Shown here: piece after piece, positions 39,634-53,322 of the stretch
Layout of the letters: every line of letters starts with the position of its first letter
Position numbering within the stretch: the first letter of the stretch is position 1
Assembly (NCBI GenBank): GCA_964057225.1
Contig: OZ059897.1
Location: forward strand, 19,344,001 to 19,408,000
Reading direction: 5' to 3'
Origin: Auanema rhodensis
Lineage: Eukaryota; Animalia; Nematoda
Length of the DNA: 64,000 nucleotides
The notes under the pieces: model-generated
Seen by the model: only the letters and a program-made list of their open reading frames with translations
What the model was told of the DNA's origin: nothing
Database searches by the model: none
Translations under genes and position numbers: made by a program

Positions 39634-41037
39634 ATATAAGTGTGAACTTATAACAGTTGATATCTCGGTACATTTTTAAGCTAGCGCAAATCTGATAACA
39701 CAGATCGACGCAGCTTAAAAATCCGCATCGAATGCACTATACTACATTGAGAAACGCTTAATACAAAAATTAGTTATGATCGTTTGAAAAATGATGCATT
39801 AGTGTATGTTGAGTTTCCATGTACACTCAACATTGCTTCCAAAAACATTTTGACAAAAATTTTTTCGAAAAATTTCAAAATAATTTAGCAAAAAGTAGAT
39901 GTTTTTAGATTCCTTTTTTCAAGGCAAAGACGATGGACAATGTTATTTAACGAAAAAATTAATTCTTCAGGGTGAAAATCGAGGATATAAGTGTAAACTT
40001 ATATCAGTTGATATCTCGGTGCATTTTTAAGCTAGCGCAAATCTGATAACACAGATCGACGCAGCTTAAAAATCCGCATCGAATGCACTATACTACATTG
40101 AGAAACGCTCAATACAAAAATTAGTTATGATCGTTTGAAAAATGATGCATTAGTGTATGTTGAGTTTCCATGTACACTCAACATTGCTTCCAAAAACATT
40201 TTGACAAAAATTTTTTCGAAAAATTTCAAAATAATTTAGCAAAAAGTAGATGTTTTTAGATTCCTTTTTTCAAGGCAAAGACGATGGACAATGTTATTTA
40301 ACGAAAAAATTAATTCTTCAGGGTGAAAATCGAGGATATAAGTGTAAACTTATATCAGTTGATATCTCGGTGCATTTTTAAGCTAGCGCAAATCTGATAA
40401 CACAGATCGACGCAGCTTAAAAATCCGCATCGAATGCACTATACTACATTGAGAAACGCTTAATACAAAAATTAGTTATGATCGTTTGAAAAATGATGCA
40501 TTAGTGTATGTTGAGTTTCCATGTACACTCAACATTGCTTCCAAAAACATTTTGACAAAAATTTTTTCGAAAAATTTCAAAATAATTTAGCAAAAAGTAG
40601 ATGTTTTTAGATTCCTTTTTTCAAGGCAAAGACGATGGACAATGTTATTCAACGAAAAAATTAATTCTTCAGGGTGAAAATCGAGGATATAAGTGTGAAC
40701 TTATATCAGTTGATATCTCGGTGCATTTTTAAGCTAGCGCAAATCTGATAACACAGATCGACGCAGCTTAAAAATCCGCATCGAATGCACTATACTACAT
40801 TGAGAAACGCTTAATACAAAAATTAGTTATGATCGTTTGAAAAATGATGCATTAGTGTATGTTGAGTTTCCATGTACACTCAACATTGCTTCCAAAAACA
40901 TTTTGACAAAAATTTTTTCGAAAAATTTCAAAATAATTTAGCAAAAAGTAGATGTTTTTAGATTCCTTTTTTCAAGGCAAAGACGATGGACAATGTTATT
41001 TAACGAAAAAATTAATTCTTCAGGGTGAAAATCGAGG

Positions 41038-44000
41038 ATATAAGTGTAAACTTATATCAGTTGATATCTCGGTGCATTTTTAAGCTAGCGCAAATCTGAT
41101 AACACAGATCGACGCAGCTTAAAAATCCGCATCGAATGCACTATACTACATTGAGAAACGCTCAATACAAAAATTAGTTATGATCGTTTGAAAAATGATG
41201 CATTAGTGTATGTTGAGTTTCCATGTACACTCAACATTGCTTCCAAAAACATTTTGACAAAAATTTTTTCGAAAAATTTCAAAATAATTTAGCAAAAAGT
41301 AGATGTTTTTAGATTCCTTTTTTCAAGGCAAAGACGATGGACAATGTTATTTAACGAAAAAATTAATTCTTCAGGGTGAAAATCGAGGATATAAGTGTAA
41401 ACTTATATCAGTTGATATCTCGGTGCATTTTTAAGCTAGCGCAAATCTGATAACACAGATCGACGCAGCTTAAAAATCCGCATCGAATGCACTATACTAC
41501 ATTGAGAAACGCTTAATACAAAAATTAGTTATGATCGTTTGAAAAATGATGCATTAGTGTATGTTGAGTTTCCATGTACACTCAACATTGCTTCCAAAAA
41601 CATTTTGACAAAAATTTTTTCGAAAAATTTCAAAATAATTTAGCAAAAAGTAGATGTTTTTAGATTCCTTTTTTCAAGGCAAAGACGATGGACAATGTTA
41701 TTCAACGAAAAAATTAATTCTTCAGGGTGAAAATCGAGGATATAAGTGTGAACTTATATCAGTTGATATCTCGGTGCATTTTTAAGCTAGCGCAAATCTG
41801 ATAACACAGATCGACGCAGCTTAAAAATCCGCATCGAATGCACTATACTACATTGAGAAACGCTTAATACAAAAATTAGTTATGATCGTTTGAAAAATGA
41901 TGCATTAGTGTATGTTGAGTTTCCATGTACACTCAACATTGCTTCCAAAAACATTTTGACAAAAATTTTTTCGAAAAATTTCTAAATAATTTAGCAAAAA
42001 GTAGATGTTTTTAGATTCCTTTTTTTAAGGCAAAGACGATGGACAATGTTATTTAACGAAAAAATTAATTCTTCAGGGTGAAAATCGAGGATATAAGTGT
42101 AAACTTATATCAGTTGATATCTCGGTGCATTTTTAAGCTAGCGCAAATCTGATAACACAGATCGACGCAGCTTAAGAATCCGCATCGAATGCACTATACT
42201 ACATTGAGAAACGCTTAATACAAAAATTAGTTATGATCGTTTGAAAAATGATGCATTAGTGTATGTTGAGTTTCCATGTACACTCAACATTGCTTCCAAA
42301 AACATTTTGACAAAAATTTTTTCGAAAAATTTCAAAATAATTTAGCCAAAAGTAGATGTTTTTAGATTCCTTTTTTCAAGGGAAAGACGATGGACAATGT
42401 TATTCAACGAAAAAATTAATTCTTCAGGGTGAAAATCGAGGATATAAGTGTAAACTTATATCAGTTGATATCTCGGTGCATTTTTAAGCTAGCGCAAATC
42501 TGATAACACAGATCGACGCAGCTTAAAAATCCGCATCGAATGCACTATACTACATTGAGAAACGCTTAATACAAAAATTAGTTATGATCGTTTGAAAAAA
42601 GATGCATTAGTGTATGTTGAGTTTCCATGTACACTCAACATTGCTTCCAAAAACATTTTGACAAAAATTTTTTCGAAAAATTTCAAAATAATTTAGCAAA
42701 AAGTAGATGTTTTTAGATTCCTTTTTTCAAGGCAAAGACGATGGACAATGTTATTTAACGAAAAAATTAATTCTTCAGGGTGAAAATCGAGGATATAAGT
42801 GTAAACTTATATCAGTTGATATCTCGGTGCATTTTTAAGCTAGCGCAAATCTGATAACACAGATCGACGCAGCTTAAAAATCCGCATCGAATGCACTATA
42901 CTACATTGAGAAACGCTTAATACAAAAATTAGTTATGATCGTTTGAAAAATGATGCATTAGTGTATGTTGAGTTTCCATGTACACTCAACATTGCTTCCA
43001 AAAACATTTTGACAAAAATTTTTTCGAAAAATTTCAAAATAATTTAGCAAAAAGTAGATGTTTTTAGATTCCTTTTTTCAAGGCAAAGACGATGGACAAT
43101 GTTATTTAACGAAAAAATTAATTCTTCAGGGTGAAAATCGAGGATATAAGTGTAAACTTATATCAGTTGATATCTCGGTGCATTTTTAAGCTAGCGCAAA
43201 TCTGATAACACAGATCGACGCAGCTTAAAAATCCGCATCGAATGCACTATACTACATTGAGAAACGCTCAATACAAAAATTAGTTATGATCGTTTGAAAA
43301 ATGATGCATTAGTGTATGTTGAGTTTCCATGTACACTCAACATTGCTTCCAAAAACATTTTGACAAAAATTTTTTCGAAAAATTTCAAAATAATTTAGCA
43401 AAAAGTAGATGTTTTTAGATTCCTTTTTTCAAGGCAAAGACGATGGACAATGTTATTTAACGAAAAAATTAATTCTTCAGGGTGAAAATCGAGGATATAA
43501 GTGTAAACTTATATCAGTTGATATCTCGGTGCATTTTTAAGCTAGCGCAAATCTGATAACACAGATCGACGCAGCTTAAAAATCCGCATCGAATGCACTA
43601 TACTACATTGAGAAACGCTTAATACAAAAATTAGTTATGATCGTTTGAAAAATGATGCATTAGTGTATGTTGAGTTTCCATGTACACTCAACATTGCTTC
43701 CAAAAACATTTTGACAAAAATTTTTTCGAAAAATTTCAAAATAATTTAGCAAAAAGTAGATGTTTTTAGATTCCTTTTTTCAAGGCAAAGACGATGGACA
43801 ATGTTATTCAACGAAAAAATTAATTCTTCAGGGTGAAAATCGAGGATATAAGTGTGAACTTATATCAGTTGATATCTCGGTGCATTTTTAAGCTAGCGCA
43901 AATCTGATAACACAGATCGACGCAGCTTAAAAATCCGCATCGAATGCACTATACTACATTGAGAAACGCTTAATACAAAAATTAGTTATGATCGTTTGAA

Positions 44001-45951
44001 AAATGATGCATTAGTGTATGTTGAGTTTCCATGTACACTCAACATTGCTTCCAAAAACATTTTGACAAAAATTTTTTCGAAAAATTTCTAAATAATTTAG
44101 CAAAAAGTAGATGTTTTTAGATTCCTTTTTTTAAGGCAAAGACGATGGACAATGTTATTTAACGAAAAAATTAATTCTTCAGGGTGAAAATCGAGGATAT
44201 AAGTGTAAACTTATATCAGTTGATATCTCGGTGCATTTTTAAGCTAGCGCAAATCTGATAACACAGATCGACGCAGCTTAAGAATCCGCATCGAATGCAC
44301 TATACTACATTGAGAAACGCTTAATACAAAAATTAGTTATGATCGTTTGAAAAATGATGCATTAGTGTATGTTGAGTTTCCATGTACACTCAACATTGCT
44401 TCCAAAAACATTTTGACAAAAATTTTTTCGAAAAATTTCAAAATAATTTAGCCAAAAGTAGATGTTTTTAGATTCCTTTTTTCAAGGGAAAGACGATGGA
44501 CAATGTTATTCAACGAAAAAATTAATTCTTCAGGGTGAAAATCGAGGATATAAGTGTAAACTTATATCAGTTGATATCTCGGTGCATTTTTAAGCTAGCG
44601 CAAATCTGATAACACAGATCGACGCAGCTTAAAAATCCGCATCGAATGCACTATACTACATTGAGAAACGCTTAATACAAAAATTAGTTATGATCGTTTG
44701 AAAAAAGATGCATTAGTGTATGTTGAGTTTCCATGTACACTCAACATTGCTTCCAAAAACATTTTGACAAAAATTTTTTCGAAAAATTTCAAAATAATTT
44801 AGCAAAAAGTAGATGTTTTTAGATTCCTTTTTTCAAGGCAAAGACGATGGACAATGTTATTTAACGAAAAAATTAATTCTTCAGGGTGAAAATCGAGGAT
44901 ATAAGTGTAAACTTATATCAGTTGATATCTCGGTGCATTTTTAAGCTAGCGCAAATCTGATAACACAGATCGACGCAGCTTAAAAATCCGCATCGAATGC
45001 ACTATACTACATGGAAGAACGCTTAATACAAAAATTAGTTATGATCGTTTGAAAAATGATGCATTAGTGTATGTTGAGTTTCCATGTACACTCAACATTG
45101 CTTCCAAAAACATTTTGACAAAAATTTTTTCGAAAAATTTCAAAATAATTTAGCAAAAAGTAGATGTTTTTAGATTCCTTTTTTCAAGGCAAAGACGATG
45201 GACAATGTTATTCAACGAAAAAATTAATTCTTCAGGGTGAAAATCGAGGATATAAGTGTGAACTTATATCAGTTGATATCTCGGTGCATTTTTAAGCTAG
45301 CGCAAATCTGATAACACAGATCGACGCAGCTTAAAAATCCGCATCGAATGCACTATACTACATTGAGAAACGCTTAATACAAAAACTAGTTATGATCGTT
45401 TGAAAAATGATGCATTAGTGTATGTTGAGTTTCCATGTACACTCAACATTGCTTCCAAAAACATTTTGACAAAAATTTTTTCGAAAAATTTCTAAATAAT
45501 TTAGCAAAAAGTAGATGTTTTTAGATTCCTTTTTTTAAGGCAAAGACGATGGACAATGTTATTTAACGAAAAAATTAATTCTTCAGGGTGAAAATCGAGG
45601 ATATAAGTGTAAACTTATATCAGTTGATATCTCGGTGCATTTTTAAGCTAGCGCAAATCTGATAACACAGATCGACGCAGCTTAAGAATCCGCATCGAAT
45701 GCACTATACTACATTGAGAAACGCTTAATACAAAAATTAGTTATGATCGTTTGAAAAATGATGCATTAGTGTATGTTGAGTTTCCATGTACACTCAACAT
45801 TGCTTCCAAAAACATTTTGACAAAAATTTTTTCGAAAAATTTCAAAATAATTTAGCCAAAAGTAGATGTTTTTAGATTCCTTTTTTCAAGGGAAAGACGA
45901 TGGACAATGTTATTCAACGAAAAAATTAATTCTTCAGGGTGAAAATCGAGG
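41038..45951 (+). repeat. Second 6-monomer higher-order repeat (m118-123, m124-129) plus a partial third copy (m130-131)
   Basis: TTTCTAAA+TTTTAAGG (m120, 126, 130), TTAAGAATC+AAGGGAAAG (m121, 127, 131) and GAAAAAAGAT (m122, 128) recur at a 2106-bp offset, then at 1404 bp. Confidence 0.88.
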
Positions 45952-47355
45952 ATATAAGTGTAAACTTATATCAGTTGATATCTCGGTGCATTTTTAAGCT
46001 AGCGCAAATCTGATAACACAGATCGACGCAGCTTAAAAATCCGCATCGAATGCACTATACTACATTGAGAAACGCTTAATACAAAAATTAGTTATGATCG
46101 TTTGAAAAATGATGCATTAGTGTATGTTGAGTTTCCATGTACACTCAACATTGCTTCCAAAAACATTTTGACAAAAATTTTTTCGAAAAATTTCAAGATA
46201 ATTTAGCAAAAAGTAGATGTTTTTAGATTCCTTTTTTCAAGGCAAAGACGATGGACAATGTTATTTAACGAAAAAATTAATTCTTCAGGGTGAAAATCGA
46301 GGATATAAGTGTAAACTTATATCAGTTGATATCTCGGTGCATTTTTAAGCTAGCGCAAATCTGATAACACAGATCGACGCAGCTTAAAAATCCGCATCGA
46401 ATGCACTATACTACATGGAAGAACGCTTAATACAAAAATTAGTTATGATCGTTTGAAAAATGATGCATTAGTGTATGTTGAGTTTCCATGTACACTCAAC
46501 ATTGCTTCCAAAAACATTTTGACAAAAATTTTTTCGAAAAATTTCAAAATAATTTAGCAAAAAGTAGATGTTTTTAGATTTCTTTTTTCAAGGCAAAGAC
46601 GATGGACAATGTTATTCAACGAAAAAATTAATTCTTCAGGGTGAAAATCGAGGATATAAGTGTGAACTTATATCAGTTGATATCTCGGTACATTTTTAAG
46701 CTAGCGCAAATCTGATAACATAGATCGACGCAGCTTAAAAATCCGCATCGAATGCACTTTACTACATGGAAGAACGCTTAATACAAAAATTAGTTATGAT
46801 CGTTTGAAAAATGATGCATTAGTGTATGTTGAGTTTCCATGTACACTCAACATTGCTTCCAAAAACATTTTGACAAAAATTTTTTCGAAAAATTTCAAGA
46901 TAATTTAGCAAAAAGTAGATGTTTTTAGATTCCTTTTTTCAAGGCAAAGACGATGGACAATGTTATTTAACGAAAAAATTAATTCTTCAGGGTGAAAATC
47001 GAGGATATAAGTGTAAACTTATATCAGTTGATATCTCGGTGCATTTTTAAGCTAGCGCAAATCTGATAACACAGATCGACGCAGCTTAAAAATCCGCATC
47101 GAATGCACTATACTACATGGAAGAACGCTTAATACAAAAATTAGTTATGATCGTTTGAAAAATGATGCATTAGTGTATGTTGAGTTTCCATGTACACTCA
47201 ACATTGCTTCCAAAAACATTTTGACAAAAATTTTTTCGAAAAATTTCAAAATAATTTAGCAAAAAGTAGATGTTTTTAGATTTCTTTTTTCAAGGCAAAG
47301 ACGATGGACAATGTTATTCAACGAAAAAATTAATTCTTCAGGGTGAAAATCGAGG

Positions 47356-49110
47356 ATATAAGTGTAAACTTATATCAGTTGATATCTCGGTGCATTTTTA
47401 AGCTAGCGCAAATCTGATAACACAGATCGACGCAGCTTAAAAATCCGCATCGAATGCACTATACTACATTGGGAAACGCTTAATACAAAAATTAGTTATG
47501 ATCGTTTGAAAAATGATGCATTAGTGTATGTTGAGTTTCCATGTACACTCAACATTGCTTCCAAAAACATTTTGACAAAAATTTTTTCGAAAAATTTCAA
47601 AATAATTTAGCAAAAAGTAGATGTTTTTAGATTCCTTTTTTTAAGGCAAAGACGATGGACAATGTTATTCAACGAAAAAATTAATTCTTCAGGGTGAAAA
47701 TCGAGGATATAAGTGTAAACTTATATCAGTTGATATCTCGGTGCATTTTTAAGCTAGCGCAAATCTGATAACACAGATCGACGCAGCTTAAAAATCCGCA
47801 TCAAATGCACTATACTACATGGAAGAACGCTTAATACAAAAATTAGTTATGATCGTTTGAAAAATGATGCATTAGTGTATGTTGAGTTTCCATGTACACT
47901 CAACATTGCTTCCAAAAACATTTTGACAAAAATTTTTTCGAAAAATTTCAAAATAATTTAGCAAAAAGTAGATGTTTTTAGATTCCTTTTTTCAAGGCAA
48001 AGACGATGGACAATGTTATTCAACGAAAAAATTAATTCTTCAGGGTGAAAATCGAGGATATAAGTGTAAACTTATATCAGTTGATATCTCGGTGCATTTT
48101 TAAGCTAGCGCAAATCTGATAACACAGATCGACGCAGCTTAAAAATCCGCATCGAATGCACTATACTACATTGGGAAACGCTTAATACAAAAATTAGTTA
48201 TGATCGTTTGAAAAATGATGCATTAGTGTATGTTGAGTTTCCATGTACACTCAACATTGCTTCCAAAAACATTTTGACAAAAATTTTTTCGAAAAATTTC
48301 AAAATAATTTAGCAAAAAGTAGATGTTTTTAGATTCCTTTTTTTAAGGCAAAGACGATGGACAATGTTATTCAACGAAAAAATTAATTCTTCAGGGTGAA
48401 AATCGAGGATATAAGTGTAAACTTATATCAGTTGATATCTCGGTGCATTTTTAAGCTAGCGCAAATCTGATAACACAGATCGACGCAGCTTAAAAATCCG
48501 CATCAAATGCACTATACTACATGGAAGAACGCTTAATACAAAAATTAGTTATGATCGTTTGAAAAATGATGCATTAGTGTATGTTGAGTTTCCATGTACA
48601 CTCAACATTGCTTCCAAAAACATTTTGACAAAAATTTTTTCGAAAAATTTCAAAATAATTTAGCAAAAAGTAGATGTTTTTAGATTCCTTTTTTCAAGGC
48701 AAAGACGATGGACAATGTTATTCAACGAAAAAATTAATTCTTCAGGGTGAAAATCGAGGATATAAGTGTAAACTTATATCAGTTGATATCTCGGTGCATT
48801 TTTAAGCTAGCGCAAATCTGATAACACAGATCGACGCAGCTTAAAAATCCGCATCGAATGCACTATACTACATTGGGAAACGCTTAATACAAAAATTAGT
48901 TATGATCGTTTGAAAAATGATGCATTAGTGTATGTTGAGTTTCCATGTACACTCAACATTGCTTCCAAAAACATTTTGACAAAAATTTTTTCGAAAAATT
49001 TCAAAATAATTTAGCAAAAAGTAGATGTTTTTAGATTCCTTTTTTTAAGGCAAAGACGATGGACAATGTTATTCAACGAAAAAATTAATTCTTCAGGGTG
49101 AAAATCGAGG
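47356..49110 (+). repeat. Dimeric higher-order repeat (702 bp) x2.5 (m136-140)
   Basis: TTGGGAAAC+TTTTAAGG monomers (m136, 138, 140) alternate strictly with TCAAATG+ATGGAAGAAC monomers (m137, 139). Confidence 0.88.
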
Positions 49111-52100
49111 ATATAAGTGTGAACTTATATCAGTTGGTATCTCGGTACATTTTTAAGCTAGCGCAAATCTGATAACACAGATCGACGCAGCTTAAAAATC
49201 CGCATCGAATGCACTATACTACATGGAAGAACGCTTAATACAAAAATTAGTTATGATCGTTTGAAAAATGATGCATTAGTGTATGTTGAGTTTCCATGTA
49301 CACTCAACATTGCTTCCAAAAACATTTTGACAAAAATTTTTTCGAAAAATTTCAAAATAATTTAGCCAAAAGTAGATGTTTTTAGATTCCTTTTTTCAAG
49401 GCAAAGACGATGGACAATGTTATTCAACGAAAAAATTAATTCTTCAGGGTGAAAATCGAGGATATAAGTGTAAACTTATATCAGTTGATATCTCGGTGCA
49501 TTTTTAAGCTAGCGCAAATCTGATAACACAGATCGACGCAGCTTAAAAATCCGCATCGAATGCACTATACTACATTGAGAAACGCTTAATACAAAAATTA
49601 GTTATGATCGTTTGAAAAATGATGCATTAGTGTATGTTGAGTTTCCATGTACACTCAACATTGCTTCCAAAAACATTTTGACAAAAATTTTTTCGAAAAA
49701 TTTCAAAATAATTTAGCAAAAAGTAGATGTTTTTAGATTCCTTTTTTCAAGGCAAAGACGATGGACAATGTTATTCAACGAAAAAATTAATTCTTCAGGG
49801 TGAAAATCGAGGATATAAGTGTGAACTTATATCAGTTGATATCTCGGTACATTTTTAAGCTAGCGCAAATCTGATAACACAGATCGACGCAGCTTAAAAA
49901 TCCGCATCGAATGCACTATACTACATGGAAAAACGCTTAATACAAAAATTAGTTATGATCGTTTGAAAAATGATGCATTAGTGTATGTTGAGTTTCCATG
50001 TACACTCAACATTGCTTCCAAAAACATTTTGACAAAAATTTTTTCGAAAAATTTCAAAATAATTTAGCAAAAAGTAGATGTTTTTAGATTCCTTTTTTCA
50101 AGGCAAAGACGATGGACAATGTTATTCAACGAAAAAATTAATTCTTCAGGGTGAAAATCGAGGATATAAGTGTGAACTTATATCAGTTGATATCTCGGTA
50201 CATTTTTAAGCTAGCGCAAATCTGATAACACAGATCGACGCAGCTTAAAAATCCGCATCGAATGCACTATACTACATTGAGAAACGCTTAATACAAAAAT
50301 TAGTTATGATCGTTTGAAAAATGATGCATTAGTGTATGTTGAGTTTCCATGTACACTCAACATTGCTTCCAAAAACATTTTGACAAAAATTTTTTCAAAA
50401 AATTTCAAAATAATTTAGCAAAAAGTAGATGTTTTTAGATTCCTTTTTTCAAGGCAAAGACGATGGACAATGTTATTCAACGAAAAAATTAATTCTTCAG
50501 GGTGAAAATCGAGGATATAAGTGTGAACTTATATCAGTTGATATCTCGGTACATTTTTAAGCTAGCGCAAATCTGATAACACAGATCGACGCAGCTTAAA
50601 AATCCGCATCGAATGCACTATACTACATGGAAGAACGCTTAATACAAAAATTAGTTATGATCGTTTGAAAAATGATGCATTAGTGTATGTTGAGTTTCCA
50701 TGTACACTCAACATTGCTTCCAAAAACATTTTGACAAAAATTTTTTCGAAAAATTTCAGAATAATTTAGCAAAAAGTAGATGTTTTTAGATTCCTTTTTT
50801 CAAGGCAAAGACGATGGACAATGTTATTCAACGAAAAAATTAATTCTTCAGGGTGAAAATCGAGGATATAAGTGTAAACTTATATCAGTTGATATCTCGG
50901 TACATTTTTAAGCTAGCGCAAATCTGATAACACAGATCGACGCAGCTTAAAAATCCGCATCGAATGCACTATACTACATTGAGAAACGCTTAATACAAAA
51001 ATTAGTTATGATCGTTTGAAAAATGATGCATTAGTGTATGTTGAGTTTCCATGTACACTCAACATTGCTTCCAAAAACATTTTGACAAAAATTTTTTCGA
51101 AAAATTTCAAAATAATTTAGCAAAAAGTAGATGTTTTTAGATTCCTTTTTTCAAGGCAAAGACGATGGACAATGTTATTTAACGAAAAAATTAATTCTTC
51201 AGGGTGAAAGTCGAGGATATAAGTGTAAACTTATATCAGTTGATATCTCGGTGCATTTTTAAGCTAGCGCAAATCTGATAACACAGATCGACGCAGCTTA
51301 AAAATCCGCATCGAATGCACTATACTACATTGAGAAACGCTTAATACAAAAATTAGTTATGATCGTTTGAAAAATGATGCATTAGTGTATGTTGAGTTTC
51401 CATGTACACTCAACATTGCTTCCAAAAACATTTTGACAAAAATTTTTTCGAAAAATTTCAAAATAATTTAGCAAAAAGTAGATGTTTTTAGATTCCTTTT
51501 TTCAAAGCAAAGACGATGGACAATGTTGTTCAACGAAAAAATTATTTCTTCAGGGTGAAAATCGAGGATATAAGTGTAAACTTATATCAGTTGATATCTC
51601 GGTGCATTTGTAAGCTAGCGCAAATCTGATAACACAGATCGACGCAGCTTAAAAATCCGCATCGAATGCACTATACTACATTGAGAAACGCTTAATACAA
51701 AAATTAGTTATGATCGTTTGAAAAATGATGCATTAGTGTATGTTGAGTTTCCATGTACACTCAACATTGCTTCCAAAAACATTTTGACAAAAATTTTTTC
51801 GAAAAATTTCAAAATAATTTAGCAAAAAGTAGATGTTTTTAGATTCCTTTTTTCAAGGCAAAGACGATGGACAATGTTATTTAACGAAAAAATTAATTCT
51901 TCAGGGTGAAAATCGAGGATATAAGTGTAAACTTATATCAGTTGATATCTCGGTGCATTTTTAAGCTAGCGCAAATCTGATAACACAGATCGACGCAGCT
52001 TAAAAATCCGCATCGAATGCACTATACTACATTGAGAAACGCTTAATACAAAAATTAGTTATGATCGTTTGAAAAATGATGCATTAGTGTATGTTGAGTT

Positions 52101-53322
52101 TCCATGTACACTCAACATTGCTTCCAAAAACATTTTGACAAAAATTTTTTCGAAAAATTTCAAAATAATTTAGCAAAAAGTAGATGTTTTTAGATTCCTT
52201 TTTTCAAGGCAAAGACGATGGACAATGTTATTTAACGATAAAATTAATTCTTCAGGGTGAAAATCGAGGATATAAGTGTAAACTTATATCAGTTGATATC
52301 TCGGTGCATTTTTAAGCTAGCGCAAATCTGATAACACAGATCGACGCAGCTTAAAAATCCGCATCGAATGCACTATACTACATTGAGAAACGCTTAATAC
52401 AAAAATTAGTTATGATCGTTTGAAAAATGATGCATTAGTGTATGTTGAGTTTCCATGTACACTCAACATTGCTTCCAAAAACATTTTGACAAAAATTTTT
52501 TCGAAAAATTTCAAAATAATTTAGCCAAAAGTAGATGTTTTTAGATTCCTTTTTTCAAGGCAAAGACGATGGACAATGTTATTCAACGAAAAAATTAATT
52601 CTTCAGGGTGAAAATCGAGGATATAAGTGTAAACTTATATCAGTTGATATCTCGGTGCATTTGTAAGCTAGCGCAAATCTGATAACACAGATCGACGCAG
52701 CTTAAAAATCCGCATCGAATGCACTGTACTACATGGAAGAACGCTTAATACAAAAATTAGTTATGATCGTTTGAAAAATGATGCATTAGTGTATGTTGAG
52801 TTTCCATGTACACTCAACATTGCTTCCAAAAACATTTTGAGAAAAATTTTTTCGAAAAATTTCAAAATAATTTAGCAAAAAGTAGATGTTTTTAGATTCC
52901 TTTTCTCAAGGCAAAGACGATGGACAATGTTATTCAACGAAAAAATTAATTCTTCAGGGTGAAAATCGAGGATATAAGTGTGAACTTATATCAGTTGATA
53001 TCTCGGTACATTTTTAAGCTAGCGCAAATCTGATAACACAGATCGACGCAGCTTAAAAATCCGCATCGAATGCACTATACTACATTGAGAAACGCTTAAT
53101 ACAAAAATTAGTTATGATCGTTTGAAAAATGATGCATTAGTGTATGTTGAGTTTCCATGTACACTCAACATTGCTTCCAAAAACATTTTGACAAAAATTT
53201 TTTCGAAAAATTTCAAAATAATTTAGCAAAAAGTAGATGTTTTTAGATTCCTTTTTTCAAGGCAAAGACGATGGACAATGTTATTTAACGAAAAAGTTAA
53301 TTCTTCAGGGTGAAAATCGAGG

